From NCBI RefSeq assembly GCF_003334785.1, contig NZ_QOWV01000010.1: a stretch of 64,000 nucleotides of DNA; one strand, given 5' to 3'. The notes under the pieces were generated by a model, which ran no database searches, had not been told where the DNA came from, and saw only the letters and a program-made list of their open reading frames with translations. Within the stretch, counting starts at the first letter, position 1. Every line of letters starts with the position of its first letter. The stretch comes from Escherichia coli (lineage in GTDB: Bacteria > Pseudomonadota > Gammaproteobacteria > Enterobacterales > Enterobacteriaceae). The position numbers and the translations under genes were made by a program. Below are positions 1 to 9,699 of this stretch, piece by piece.

Positions 1-607
<607 letters not shown>

Positions 608-609
608 AT

Positions 610-645
610 AAACGGGAGGCGAAGGTGCCTCCCGTTTTGCTTTCT
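610..645. terminator. Bidirectional rho-independent terminator between convergent envZ and pckA
   Basis: Hairpin aaacgggaggc-gaaggt-gcctcccgttt followed by a T-rich run, sitting between the two stop codons. Confidence 0.6.
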
Positions 646-682
646 ATAAGATACTGGATAGATATTCTCCAGCTTCAAATCA

Positions 683-2305
683 TTACAGTTTCGGACCAGC
701 CGCTACCAGCGCGGCACCCGCAGGGGTGTCGGTGTATTTATCGAAGTTGTCGATAAACAGTTTCGCCAGGGTTTCGGCTTTTTCCTGCCACTGTTCCGGA
801 GAAGCGTAGGTGTTACGCGGATCGAGAATCTTCGTGTCTACGCCCGGCAGTTCGGTTGGGATCGCCAGGTTAAACATCGGCAGAGTGAAGGTTTCTGCAT
901 TATCCAGCGAACCGTTGAGGATGGCGTCGATAATGGCGCGGGTATCTTTAATCGAGATACGTTTGCCAGTGCCGTTCCAGCCAGTGTTAACCAGATAAGC
1001 CTGCGCGCCCGCCGCCTGCATACGTTTCACCAGCACTTCTGCGTACTGAGTCGGGTGCAGCGACAGGAATGCCGCGCCGAAGCAAGCGGAGAAGGTTGGC
1101 GTCGGTTCGGTGATGCCACGCTCAGTACCGGCCAGTTTGGCGGTGAAGCCAGAGAGGAAGTGATACTGGGTTTGATCGGCAGTCAGGCGAGAAACCGGCG
1201 GCAACACGCCGAAAGCATCAGCAGTCAGGAAGATAACCTTAGTCGCGTGGCCCGCTTTGGAAACCGGCTTAACAATGTTATCGATGTGATAGATCGGATA
1301 AGAAACGCGGGTGTTCTCGGTTTTTGAACCATCATCAAAGTCGATAGTGCCATCTTCACGCACGGTGACGTTTTCCAGCAACGCATCACGACGGATAGCG
1401 TTGTAGATTTCAGGTTCCGCTTCTTTCGACAGCTTGATAGTTTTTGCGTAGCAGCCGCCTTCGAAGTTAAACACGCCGTCATCGTCCCAGCCGTGTTCGT
1501 CATCGCCAATCAGGCGACGTTTCGGGTCGGTGGAAAGGGTGGTTTTACCGGTGCCGGAAAGGCCGAAGAACACCGCAACATCGCCTTTCTCACCAACGTT
1601 GGCGGAGCAGTGCATAGAAGCGATACCTTTCAGCGGCAGCAGGTAGTTCATCATCGAGAACATCCCTTTCTTCATTTCGCCGCCGTACCAGGTGCCGCCA
1701 ATCAGCTGCATGCGCTCGGTCAGGTTAAACGCCACGAAGTTTTCGGAGTTGAGACCCTGTTCTTTCCACTGCGGGTTAGTGCACTTCGCGCCGTTCATAA
1801 CGATAAAGTCTGGTTTGAAACCTGCCAGTTCTTCATCGCTCGGGCGAATAAACATGTTTTTGACAAAATGCGCCTGCCAGGCCACTTCGGTGATGAAACG
1901 GACGGAAAGACGAGTATCCGGGTTCGCACCACAGAAAGCGTCGACAACGAACAGACGTTTGCCGGAAAGCTGCCTGGTCACCAGGCCTTTCAGATGCTGC
2001 CAGGTTTCCGGAGAGAGAGGTTTGTTGTCGTTCTTACCTTTGCCTTTGTCTGCCCACCAGAAAGTATCGCGAGTGGTATCGTCACGGACGATATACTTAT
2101 CTTTTGGTGAACGACCGGTGAAGATCCCGGTATCGACGGCAACGGCACCCAGATTAGTTAACACCCCGCGCTCATAACCTGTCAGGCTCGGATCGAGCTC
2201 TTCCTGATACAGCAGGTCGTAGCTTGGGTTGTAAACGATATCATGTACGTCACTGATACCATAAGCCTCGAGTTCTTGCGGGGTCAAACCATTGTTAACG
2301 CGCAT
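683..2305 (-). CDS. pckA: Phosphoenolpyruvate carboxykinase (ATP)
   Basis: Translation from [16 protein letters not shown] to [10 protein letters not shown] matches PckA, including the GLSGTGKTT kinase P-loop. The track ORF (to 2374) over-extends by 23 codons; start set at the ATG for MRVNNG, giving 540 aa. Confidence 0.95.
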   Translation of the reverse strand: MRVNNGLTPQELEAYGISDVHDIVYNPSYDLLYQEELDPSLTGYERGVLTNLGAVAVDTGIFTGRSPKDKYIVRDDTTRDTFWWADKGKGKNDNKPLSPETWQHLKGLVTRQLSGKRLFVVDAFCGANPDTRLSVRFITEVAWQAHFVKNMFIRPSDEELAGFKPDFIVMNGAKCTNPQWKEQGLNSENFVAFNLTERMQLIGGTWYGGEMKKGMFSMMNYLLPLKGIASMHCSANVGEKGDVAVFFGLSGTGKTTLSTDPKRRLIGDDEHGWDDDGVFNFEGGCYAKTIKLSKEAEPEIYNAIRRDALLENVTVREDGTIDFDDGSKTENTRVSYPIYHIDNIVKPVSKAGHATKVIFLTADAFGVLPPVSRLTADQTQYHFLSGFTAKLAGTERGITEPTPTFSACFGAAFLSLHPTQYAEVLVKRMQAAGAQAYLVNTGWNGTGKRISIKDTRAIIDAILNGSLDNAETFTLPMFNLAIPTELPGVDTKILDPRNTYASPEQWQEKAETLAKLFIDNFDKYTDTPAGAALVAAGPKL

Positions 2306-2683
2306 TTCACTGCTCCTTAGCCAATATGTATTGCCTGAATAGTAAAGTCTTTTTGGGGGTGTTAACCGCGACAAGGCTCATAGATTTACGTATCTGGAGA
2401 AATTCATATTTGACAAAAAACTCCGTGATTCCTGTCACGAAACGGTTGCTATTATCGCAGAAATAGCATTTTAGGTGTGGAAAATGTTCTCAAAAGGTTA
2501 AATCTTGGTTTATATGGCGGGAATATTGTGAGTGGAATCGCATTCCTGAATGAAATTGATGCAAATTCAACCGGTAAAGTATCGATTCACCACGCTAACT
2601 TTTTTTGATTATTTTCTGAAAAAAGCAAAATACTACTGCCCGGATGCGATAATTAACCCACCTTTTGATTCTGGATAACCAAC

Positions 2684-4408
2684 ATGGATAACGTTGAACT
2701 TTCACCCGCAACACGCTGGGGGATGATTGCTACCGGATTACTTCAGGGTCTGGTTTGCTACCTGCTGATCGCCTGGCTTTCCGGAAAAAATCACAGTTGG
2801 ATTGTTTATGGCGTGCCTGCGACCGTCGCGTTTTCATCCGTTTTACTCTTCTCCGTGATCTCTTTTAAACAGAAGCGCCTTTGGGGATGGCTGGCGCTAG
2901 TGTTTATTGCCACGCTGGGGATGAGCGGCTGGCTGAAGTGGCAAACTGATGGCATGAACCCCTGGAGAGCTGAAAAGGCGCTTTGGGATTTTGGTTGCTA
3001 TCTGCTGTTGATGGCAATGTTGTTGCTACCGTGGATACAACAAAGCCTTCGCATCCGCAATGACAGTAGCCGCTATCGCTATTTTTACCAGTCAGTATGG
3101 CATAACGTACTTATATTACTGGTGATTTTTCTCGCCAATGGCTTGACGTGGCTGGTGCTTTTACTGTGGAGTGAGTTGTTTAAACTTGTTGGCATCACGT
3201 TTTTCAATACGCTCTTTTTTGCAACCGACTGGTTTATTTATCTCACGTTAGGTCTGGTTACCGCGCTGGCGGTGATCCTCGCGCGAACACAGTCACGTTT
3301 AATCGACTCTATTCAAAAGTTGTTCACGTTAATCGCCACGGGGTTGCTGCCGTTAGTATCATTGCTAACCCTGATGTTTATCATCACCCTGCCGTTTACG
3401 GGCCTGAGCGCGATTTCTCGCCACATCTCCGCCGCCGGGTTGCTGTTGACGCTGGCCTTTTTGCAATTGATCTTAATGGCTATTGTCCGCGATCCGCAAA
3501 AAGCGTCACTTCCCTGGACAGGGCCGTTGCGTTGCCTGATTAAAACCGCTTTGCTGGTTGCTCCGCTGTATGTGTTCGTCGCCGCCTGGGCGTTATGGCT
3601 GCGGGTCGCTCAGTACGGCTGGACTGTCGACCGCTTGCAGGGCGTGCTGGCGGTGCTGGTGTTACTGGTGTGGTCGCTGGGGTATTTTGTCAGCATCGTC
3701 TGGCGTAAAGGGCAAAATCCCGTTGTTCTTCAGGGCAAAGTGAACCTTGCGGTTTCGTTATTGGTGTTGGTGATACTGGTGCTTCTTAATTCGCCGGTGC
3801 TGGACAGTATGCGCATTAGCGTGAACAGCCATATGGCGCGTTATCAGAGCGGCAAAAACACGTCAGACCAGGTAACTATCTACATGCTCGAGCAGAGCGG
3901 TCGCTATGGACGTGCTGCGCTTGAGTCGCTGAAAAGCGATGCCGGGTTTATGAAAGACCCGAAACGCGCGCGGGATCTGCTGATGGCGTTAGATGGAGAG
4001 CAACATCTTCAGCAACAGGTATCGGAAAAAGTATTAGCCGATAATGTGTTAATTGCCCCTGGTTCTGTTAAACCTGATGCGACATTCTGGTCGGCCTTAA
4101 TCCAGGATCGCTATAACGTGATGACCTGTATTGAAAAAGACGCCTGCGTCCTGGTCGAGCAAGATCTGAATAGTGATGGTCAGGCGGAGCGGATCCTGTT
4201 TGCTTTTAATGATGACAGAGTCATTGTCTATGGCTTTGACTCAGACAGAAAAGAATGGGACGCGCTTGATATGAGTTTACTTCCGAACGAAATAACGAAA
4301 GAAAAATTACTCACAGCTGCGAAGGATGGAAAACTGGGGACGAAGCCTAAAGCGTGGCGCGATCTTGTAGTGGATGGTGAAAGGCTGAATGTGAATCTGA
4401 ATGAGTGA
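2684..4408 (+). CDS. yhgE: Conserved inner-membrane protein YhgE (multi-pass, function unknown)
   Basis: 574-aa ORF with many hydrophobic segments; position between pckA and hslO matches E. coli yhgE. Confidence 0.85.
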
Positions 4409-4440
4409 CAAAGCGCATCAGGTGTATTAGTCGTAAAATC

Positions 4441-4462
4441 CGGCAGAGCCCTCTCTGCCGGA
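4441..4462. terminator. Hairpin between convergent yhgE and hslO (putative terminator)
   Basis: Inverted repeat ccggcagag-ccct-ctctgccgg between the two stop codons. Confidence 0.35.
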
Positions 4463-4470
4463 CATACTCA

Positions 4471-5355
4471 TTAATGAACTTGCGGATCTGCCGGAGACGC
4501 GTTGTTGCGGATTTCAGCAATATCCATCGCATTGAACAGATAGTGGTTACCGCAGTAATCACAATGCATGTCAATTTCGCCATCTTCCGCCAGGATGCTA
4601 TCAACTTCTTCATCAGGCAGCGTTTTCAGCGCATCGGCGCAACGTTCACGCGAGCAGGTGCATTTGAACTCCACATCCTGCGGATCGTAAACCGTCACCT
4701 CTTCTTCGTGATACAAACGCCACAACACTTCGTTTGCCGGTAAGGTCAGCAGTTCTTCGGTTTTGATGGTTTCGGTTAGCGTCGCCAGGTGGTCAAAGTC
4801 GTCCTGCTGGGCATTTTGCGCAGGCATTACCTGCAACAACATACCGCCTGCAGCCGGTTTGCCGTCTACGTCGCCGGTGCGAATAAACAGGCGCGTCGGC
4901 AGCTGTTCAGAACGCATAAAGTAATCTTCCAGGCAGGCCGCCAGGGTATCACCTTCCAGACCAACTACGCCCTGATAGCGTTCGCCTTCGCTCGGGGTAA
5001 TGGTGATCACCACGTAACCATTGCCGACCAGCGTTTTCAGGTCGGCATTTTCTGGAATTTCGCCCTGCACGCGCGCCACACCGCGCATCTGCTGGTTATT
5101 GTTACCGTTAATAACCGCCAGATTCATCGGACCGTCGCCCTGCAGCTGTACGGTGATATCACCATCAAACTTCAGCGTAGCGGTTAACAGGCTGGTCGCA
5201 ACCAGCAGTTCTGCCAGCACGTTTTTAACGGGCTGCGGATAATCGTGGTTCTCAAGGATCTGTTGCAGGGTTTCCGAAACGGTTACCAGTTCGCCGCGCA
5301 CGGCAAAGTTTTCAAACAGATAGCGATGTAATTGGTCATGTTGCGGCATAATCAT
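4471..5355 (-). CDS. hslO: Redox-regulated chaperone Hsp33
   Basis: 294-aa translation with the C-terminal zinc centre CxC...CxxC (KCTCSRERC ... CDYCGNHY); the cysteines fall at positions 232, 234, 265 and 268. Confidence 0.95.
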   Translation of the reverse strand: MIMPQHDQLHRYLFENFAVRGELVTVSETLQQILENHDYPQPVKNVLAELLVATSLLTATLKFDGDITVQLQGDGPMNLAVINGNNNQQMRGVARVQGEIPENADLKTLVGNGYVVITITPSEGERYQGVVGLEGDTLAACLEDYFMRSEQLPTRLFIRTGDVDGKPAAGGMLLQVMPAQNAQQDDFDHLATLTETIKTEELLTLPANEVLWRLYHEEEVTVYDPQDVEFKCTCSRERCADALKTLPDEEVDSILAEDGEIDMHCDYCGNHYLFNAMDIAEIRNNASPADPQVH

Positions 5356-5373
5356 CTCTCTTGCAGGTGACAG

Positions 5374-5775
5374 TTATTCACTGTCGCCGTGTTTAAATCG
5401 TAACAGGTCGCGGCGCTCTTTTTTGTCCGGGCGTCGGTCCGGGTGCGGCATGGTTAAGGCATTAAGTTTACGTGCCAGCGCCATTTTTTCGCGTTTCTCT
5501 ACACTTTCCGCAGTCTCTTCATACAGCAAGGCTGCCTCGCTGGCGGGGCGACGCTGTTCAGTAATCGCCTTTACAATCACCGTGCGTTCGTCATTTCCCT
5601 GGCGCAGAGTGAGCGTGGCATTCAGCTCGACGATTTTGCTCGGCTTGCTGCGCTGCCCGTTGTAATGCACCTTACCGCCTTCAATCATTTCACGGGCCAG
5701 CGCGCGGGTTTTATAAAAACGGGCAGCCCATAGCCATTTATCCAGTCGAACCTCAACAGCAGGTTTCTCTTTCAT
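5374..5775 (-). CDS. hslR: Ribosome-associated heat shock protein Hsp15 (S4-like RNA-binding domain)
   Basis: 133-aa basic protein immediately upstream of hslO in the same orientation; matches Hsp15. Confidence 0.93.
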   Translation of the reverse strand: MKEKPAVEVRLDKWLWAARFYKTRALAREMIEGGKVHYNGQRSKPSKIVELNATLTLRQGNDERTVIVKAITEQRRPASEAALLYEETAESVEKREKMALARKLNALTMPHPDRRPDKKERRDLLRFKHGDSE

Positions 5776-5785
5776 GGCGTCTCCT

Positions 5786-6454
5786 TCACATTAGCGAGGG
5801 GATCAGGCGGCGGTAGTCATTCAGTGACGGATGGCGTTGATACTGTTTCTCGGCAATCCCGGAATCAGGATTAGTCACGCCGAGGCAGTAACGAATACCA
5901 AATTGCGCGGCAGCATCGAGAATCGCTTCGCTGTCATCAATAAACAGCGTTCTTTCAGCTTTCAGACCCGTAGCTTCGGCCACCGCATGCCATAACCGCT
6001 GATCCTCTTTCGGATAACCAAATGTGTGGGTGGAAAGTAATAAATCAAGGTGTGCGTCCAGACCGGTATGCTCAAGTTTTACCGCCAGGTTGTGCGGATG
6101 CGCATTGGTGAGCAAAATTCGCTGCTTACCGCTGGCTTTCAGTGCCTCAAGAAACGGAATGGTATCTTCACGCAGTACGGCACGCGGTCCCATCTCGGTG
6201 GTCATCGCACAGATATCCAGACCCAGTTGCTCACTCCAGTAATCAAGACAGTACCAGTTTAGCGTATGCTGTACGTCGTGATATTGCTGGCGCATATATT
6301 CCATCGCTTCCTGTGGCGTAACCCCGTTTTTCGCGCCCCATGTTTCAGGCACCAGCTTTTGCCAGAAATAGTTATCGAAGGCGAGGTCGAGCAACGTGCC
6401 GTCCATATCCAGCAGAACGGTATCTACGTCCTGCCAGGCAATGTTGATATGCAT
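5786..6454 (-). CDS. yrfG: HAD-family GMP/IMP nucleotidase YrfG
   Basis: HAD motif I DMDGTLLD near the N-terminus. The track ORF over-extends; start set at MHINIAWQD, giving 222 aa. Confidence 0.85.
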   Translation of the reverse strand: MHINIAWQDVDTVLLDMDGTLLDLAFDNYFWQKLVPETWGAKNGVTPQEAMEYMRQQYHDVQHTLNWYCLDYWSEQLGLDICAMTTEMGPRAVLREDTIPFLEALKASGKQRILLTNAHPHNLAVKLEHTGLDAHLDLLLSTHTFGYPKEDQRLWHAVAEATGLKAERTLFIDDSEAILDAAAQFGIRYCLGVTNPDSGIAEKQYQRHPSLNDYRRLIPSLM

Positions 6455-6518
6455 GAGGGAAATCTCCAGAGTGAAGCAATTTGCGCGACAGGGTAGCATA
6501 ACCTGCCGCGCAAACGTG

Positions 6519-8654
6519 TTATTCGATAAGGCTTTCTGAAGGGGTGATCAGTTGCGGGTTCAGGCAGCTTTCATAATAGGCCTGAATCTCCATCATGCGA
6601 GTGCGATGACGCTGGTAACGACGCCAGGCCTGTACGCCATTGTAAATGGCGCTACCCAGCATCGTCAGTAGCAGCAATGTGGTGCTGAGATAGCGCCACA
6701 GGCCGGAACGATCCGGGATCGGATGAAGGCCAATATGCTGCGTACCATTGGCGTCAGTGAAGATTTTTGTGACGATACCCTCGGCGTTAAACGGCGTATG
6801 CATCAGCATTTGTGCCAGTTTCTGGAAAGCGTTCCACTGTTCTTGCGGCGGGTAGTCGTAAAGTGATGCCGAAGGCCAGGGCTGATCAACAAAATCGCTG
6901 CCTTCGTCGCTGACAATCAGGAATCCGCCGGGGGCCGGACTGTTTAGTGATTGTGCCGCTCGCGCCGTTTCATGCGTGATAAACGGCGCGGTGGAGGTTG
7001 CCACCAGGTTATCCAGCGATTCCGCACTCACCGGGCGTAATAACACATTCACGCCATCGAGCTTCCCGGCGTTGGCGCGTTTTACCAGCGCGTCCCAGTC
7101 TTTACTGTTGCCGAGATTGACCAGCGCATTTTTCAGTCGCACACAGTCATCTTTGGCAGAACATAAATCCGCTGTCTTCAGTACAATGTCGCCAAAATCA
7201 TCAAGCAATACCATGCCGGATTTTTGAATTGCTGAACGTAATGAGGCACTGACGCGAGATTCATCTTCCGGTTTAGGGTGCAGCTGGCGATTAACTGCTT
7301 CAGTCAATGCCGTCGCTTTGTTGACCAGTTCAGATTCTGGTAATGGCAATGAGCGGGCGTCGTTCCAGATGATCTGCGAGCAGTCAAACGGTAAAAAAGG
7401 TGAATTGGTTTTCGCGCTCCAGGTTCCGGAAGTTCGAATATTACACATTCCCGTACCGCTAATACGCAATGTATCGCCTACCCGCACGCCAGCGTCAGCC
7501 AGTTGTTTTACGCTGGTGGCTTCAATGGTCTGCGCGCCTTTCATCCATGAGAGAGTGAATTTCAGCGGCATATCCAGCGGGATCCAGAATAACAGCATAA
7601 ACAGCACCAGCAGCGAGCCCGCAGCGATAATCGTACTGCGCAGCCAGTGCTGTAACGGAAAGTTTTTTACTTCATCATGCAGCGAAAGATATCGTCCCTG
7701 ACGCACTACATGGCGGTCGAGATAGATATCGATATCGGTTTGTTGACCGAGATCCTGAGCAATGTATGGCTGCCAGTGTGCGGGATAGACCAGGTCGATA
7801 ATACCGAGTGAAATATTGTTGATCTGTTCCTGATCGTTTTCGCCAAACAATCCCCAACGACGGGGTGTACCGCGCAGACAATGAATTTCCCGCAGGGAGG
7901 ATTTTGCCGGGGGCGCGAATAGCCCCCACAGACCTGCGCCCAGCAGCAGTAACGCGCCGCCTGCCAGCCACGGAACAAATACATCCGGGGTAATCAGGCA
8001 GAAAAAGAACATCAGGAAGGAGGCGACGATCAGCAACGCTTCACGCAGCCCGCGCGGACGACTCAGCGCATATTCTTCATGCGTTTCTTTGCGAATATTG
8101 AGTAGCTCGATTTGCTCACTCTCTTCCCCGCGAATCGACGCCTGCGTTGACGGAACAGGTTGCAAGGCATAGCTGCGAGTTTCCTGCATGTACTCCTGCA
8201 GCGTATGACCGTTGAGTGAAATAACCAGCGGCAGCGAATCGGTATGAATCAGTTCAACGGTATTCTCATCGTTGATGTACTGTTCCCAGAAAGGGGGCAG
8301 GTGGACTTCTACCGAATCGAGGTAGTAACGCCATTTATTCGGATCGTCGGTAGAGATGCCGTAACGCGTGATAGCTTGTGTCAGCATCATGACGTTGTTG
8401 CTTTCGGCATTCAGCGCCAGAGAGATCGGTGCCGCGCTGGCTCCCGTTGGGCCAGGCACCTGTAATACCTGCGTCAGGCTCTCAAGATAATTTTCAACGG
8501 CGCTACGTTCTTCAGGTGTGAGTTTACGCGTTTGCGCATCCGCGAAGGCGTTGGTCCAGGGCAGCTGACGCCGTCTGGATCGCACTTTTATCAGCCATCC
8601 CGCAAGTAGTGAGCAGGCCAGCAAAGCAGCTAAAAAAATCACAATGGTGCTCAT
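6519..8654 (-). CDS. igaA: Inner-membrane negative regulator of the Rcs phosphorelay, IgaA (YrfF)
   Basis: 711-aa membrane protein; size, sequence and position upstream of yrfG-hslR-hslO match IgaA. Confidence 0.9.
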   Translation of the reverse strand: MSTIVIFLAALLACSLLAGWLIKVRSRRRQLPWTNAFADAQTRKLTPEERSAVENYLESLTQVLQVPGPTGASAAPISLALNAESNNVMMLTQAITRYGISTDDPNKWRYYLDSVEVHLPPFWEQYINDENTVELIHTDSLPLVISLNGHTLQEYMQETRSYALQPVPSTQASIRGEESEQIELLNIRKETHEEYALSRPRGLREALLIVASFLMFFFCLITPDVFVPWLAGGALLLLGAGLWGLFAPPAKSSLREIHCLRGTPRRWGLFGENDQEQINNISLGIIDLVYPAHWQPYIAQDLGQQTDIDIYLDRHVVRQGRYLSLHDEVKNFPLQHWLRSTIIAAGSLLVLFMLLFWIPLDMPLKFTLSWMKGAQTIEATSVKQLADAGVRVGDTLRISGTGMCNIRTSGTWSAKTNSPFLPFDCSQIIWNDARSLPLPESELVNKATALTEAVNRQLHPKPEDESRVSASLRSAIQKSGMVLLDDFGDIVLKTADLCSAKDDCVRLKNALVNLGNSKDWDALVKRANAGKLDGVNVLLRPVSAESLDNLVATSTAPFITHETARAAQSLNSPAPGGFLIVSDEGSDFVDQPWPSASLYDYPPQEQWNAFQKLAQMLMHTPFNAEGIVTKIFTDANGTQHIGLHPIPDRSGLWRYLSTTLLLLTMLGSAIYNGVQAWRRYQRHRTRMMEIQAYYESCLNPQLITPSESLIE

Positions 8655-8973
8655 GCTTTCCCCATCTTACTTAGTCTGTCAGGCGTGGTCAGTCGCACCG
8701 GACACAATACATGATTCTGCGGTTGGCTATCGGCAAGCGTGGAGTTTAACTTGAGCATCATTAAGCACATCACAGTAACCGCTGATCATAGCAAACCCTC
8801 TGAAGGCGGAATATCAGCAAATTCCTGGAGTTATTTCAACCTATTGACTTTTAATTTGATTTGAGGACGATTATTTATTAAGTTACATAAATGTAAATAA
8901 CATGCAATTCACATTGCCGAAAGCGTGTCCGATATCGCACAATAACCGCTGATTTCACAGCATAGATCCCACG

Positions 8974-9534
8974 ATGAGCAAATCATTACAAAAACCCACC
9001 ATTCTGAATGTTGAAACTGTAGCCCGTTCCCGACTGTTTACCGTCGAGAGCGTGGATCTGGAGTTCAGCAATGGCGTGCGGCGTGTTTATGAACGAATGC
9101 GTCCAACCAACCGGGAAGCAGTGATGATTGTGCCGATTGTGGACGATCACCTGATCCTGATCCGCGAATACGCAGTGGGAACTGAATCCTACGAATTAGG
9201 TTTTTCGAAAGGATTAATTGATCCGGGTGAAAGCGTCTACGAAGCCGCTAACCGCGAGCTAAAAGAAGAGGTTGGATTTGGAGCGAACGATCTGACTTTT
9301 TTGAAGAAGCTCAGCATGGCACCGTCTTACTTTTCCAGCAAAATGAATATCGTGGTAGCGCAAGATCTCTACCCGGAATCACTGGAAGGCGATGAGCCAG
9401 AGCCGCTACCACAGGTGCGCTGGCCGCTGGCGCATATGATGGATTTGCTGGAAGACCCTGACTTCAATGAAGCGCGCAATGTCAGTGCGCTGTTCCTCGT
9501 GCGCGAATGGTTGAAAGGGCAGGGGCGAGTGTAA
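8974..9534 (+). CDS. nudE: ADP-compound hydrolase NudE (Nudix)
   Basis: 186-aa ORF with a Nudix box (GLIDPGESVYEAANRELKEEVG). Confidence 0.9.
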   Translation: MSKSLQKPTILNVETVARSRLFTVESVDLEFSNGVRRVYERMRPTNREAVMIVPIVDDHLILIREYAVGTESYELGFSKGLIDPGESVYEAANRELKEEVGFGANDLTFLKKLSMAPSYFSSKMNIVVAQDLYPESLEGDEPEPLPQVRWPLAHMMDLLEDPDFNEARNVSALFLVREWLKGQGRV

Positions 9535-9549
9535 ATGCGTGAAGTTTGC

Positions 9550-9645
9550 CTGATGCACAATGTTTATCAGGCTTATGGGGTTTCTGCAATTTATTGAGTT
9601 TTCACGATTTTGTTAGCCGGATAACGCGTTCACGCCGTATCCGGC
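9550..9645. repeat. REP/BIME-like palindromic units in the nudE-mrcA intergenic region
   Basis: Two REP-type inverted repeats: gcctgatgcacaatgtttatcaggc and gccggataacgcgttcacgccgtatccggc. Confidence 0.5.
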
Positions 9646-9674
9646 ATAAACAAGTGCACTTTGTCAGCAAACTG

Positions 9675-9697
9675 AAAAGGCGCCGAAGCGCCTTTTT
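9675..9697. terminator. Rho-independent terminator just downstream of the mrcA stop (bidirectional in form)
   Basis: aaaaggcgcc-gaa-gcgccttttt hairpin flanked by A and T runs, abutting the mrcA stop codon. Confidence 0.6.
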
Positions 9698-9699
9698 AA

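Noticed and set aside
1493-2177. 205-aa and 161-aa ORFs on the plus strand
   Set aside because: Antisense to pckA, which has a clear full-length PEP carboxykinase translation.
9549-9650. Possible CRISPR-like or mobile-element repeat
   Set aside because: The repeats are single REP-type palindromes with no regular repeat-spacer periodicity and no adjacent cas or transposase genes; the same applies to the repeats at 22523..22612, 30211..30332 and 46182..46210.
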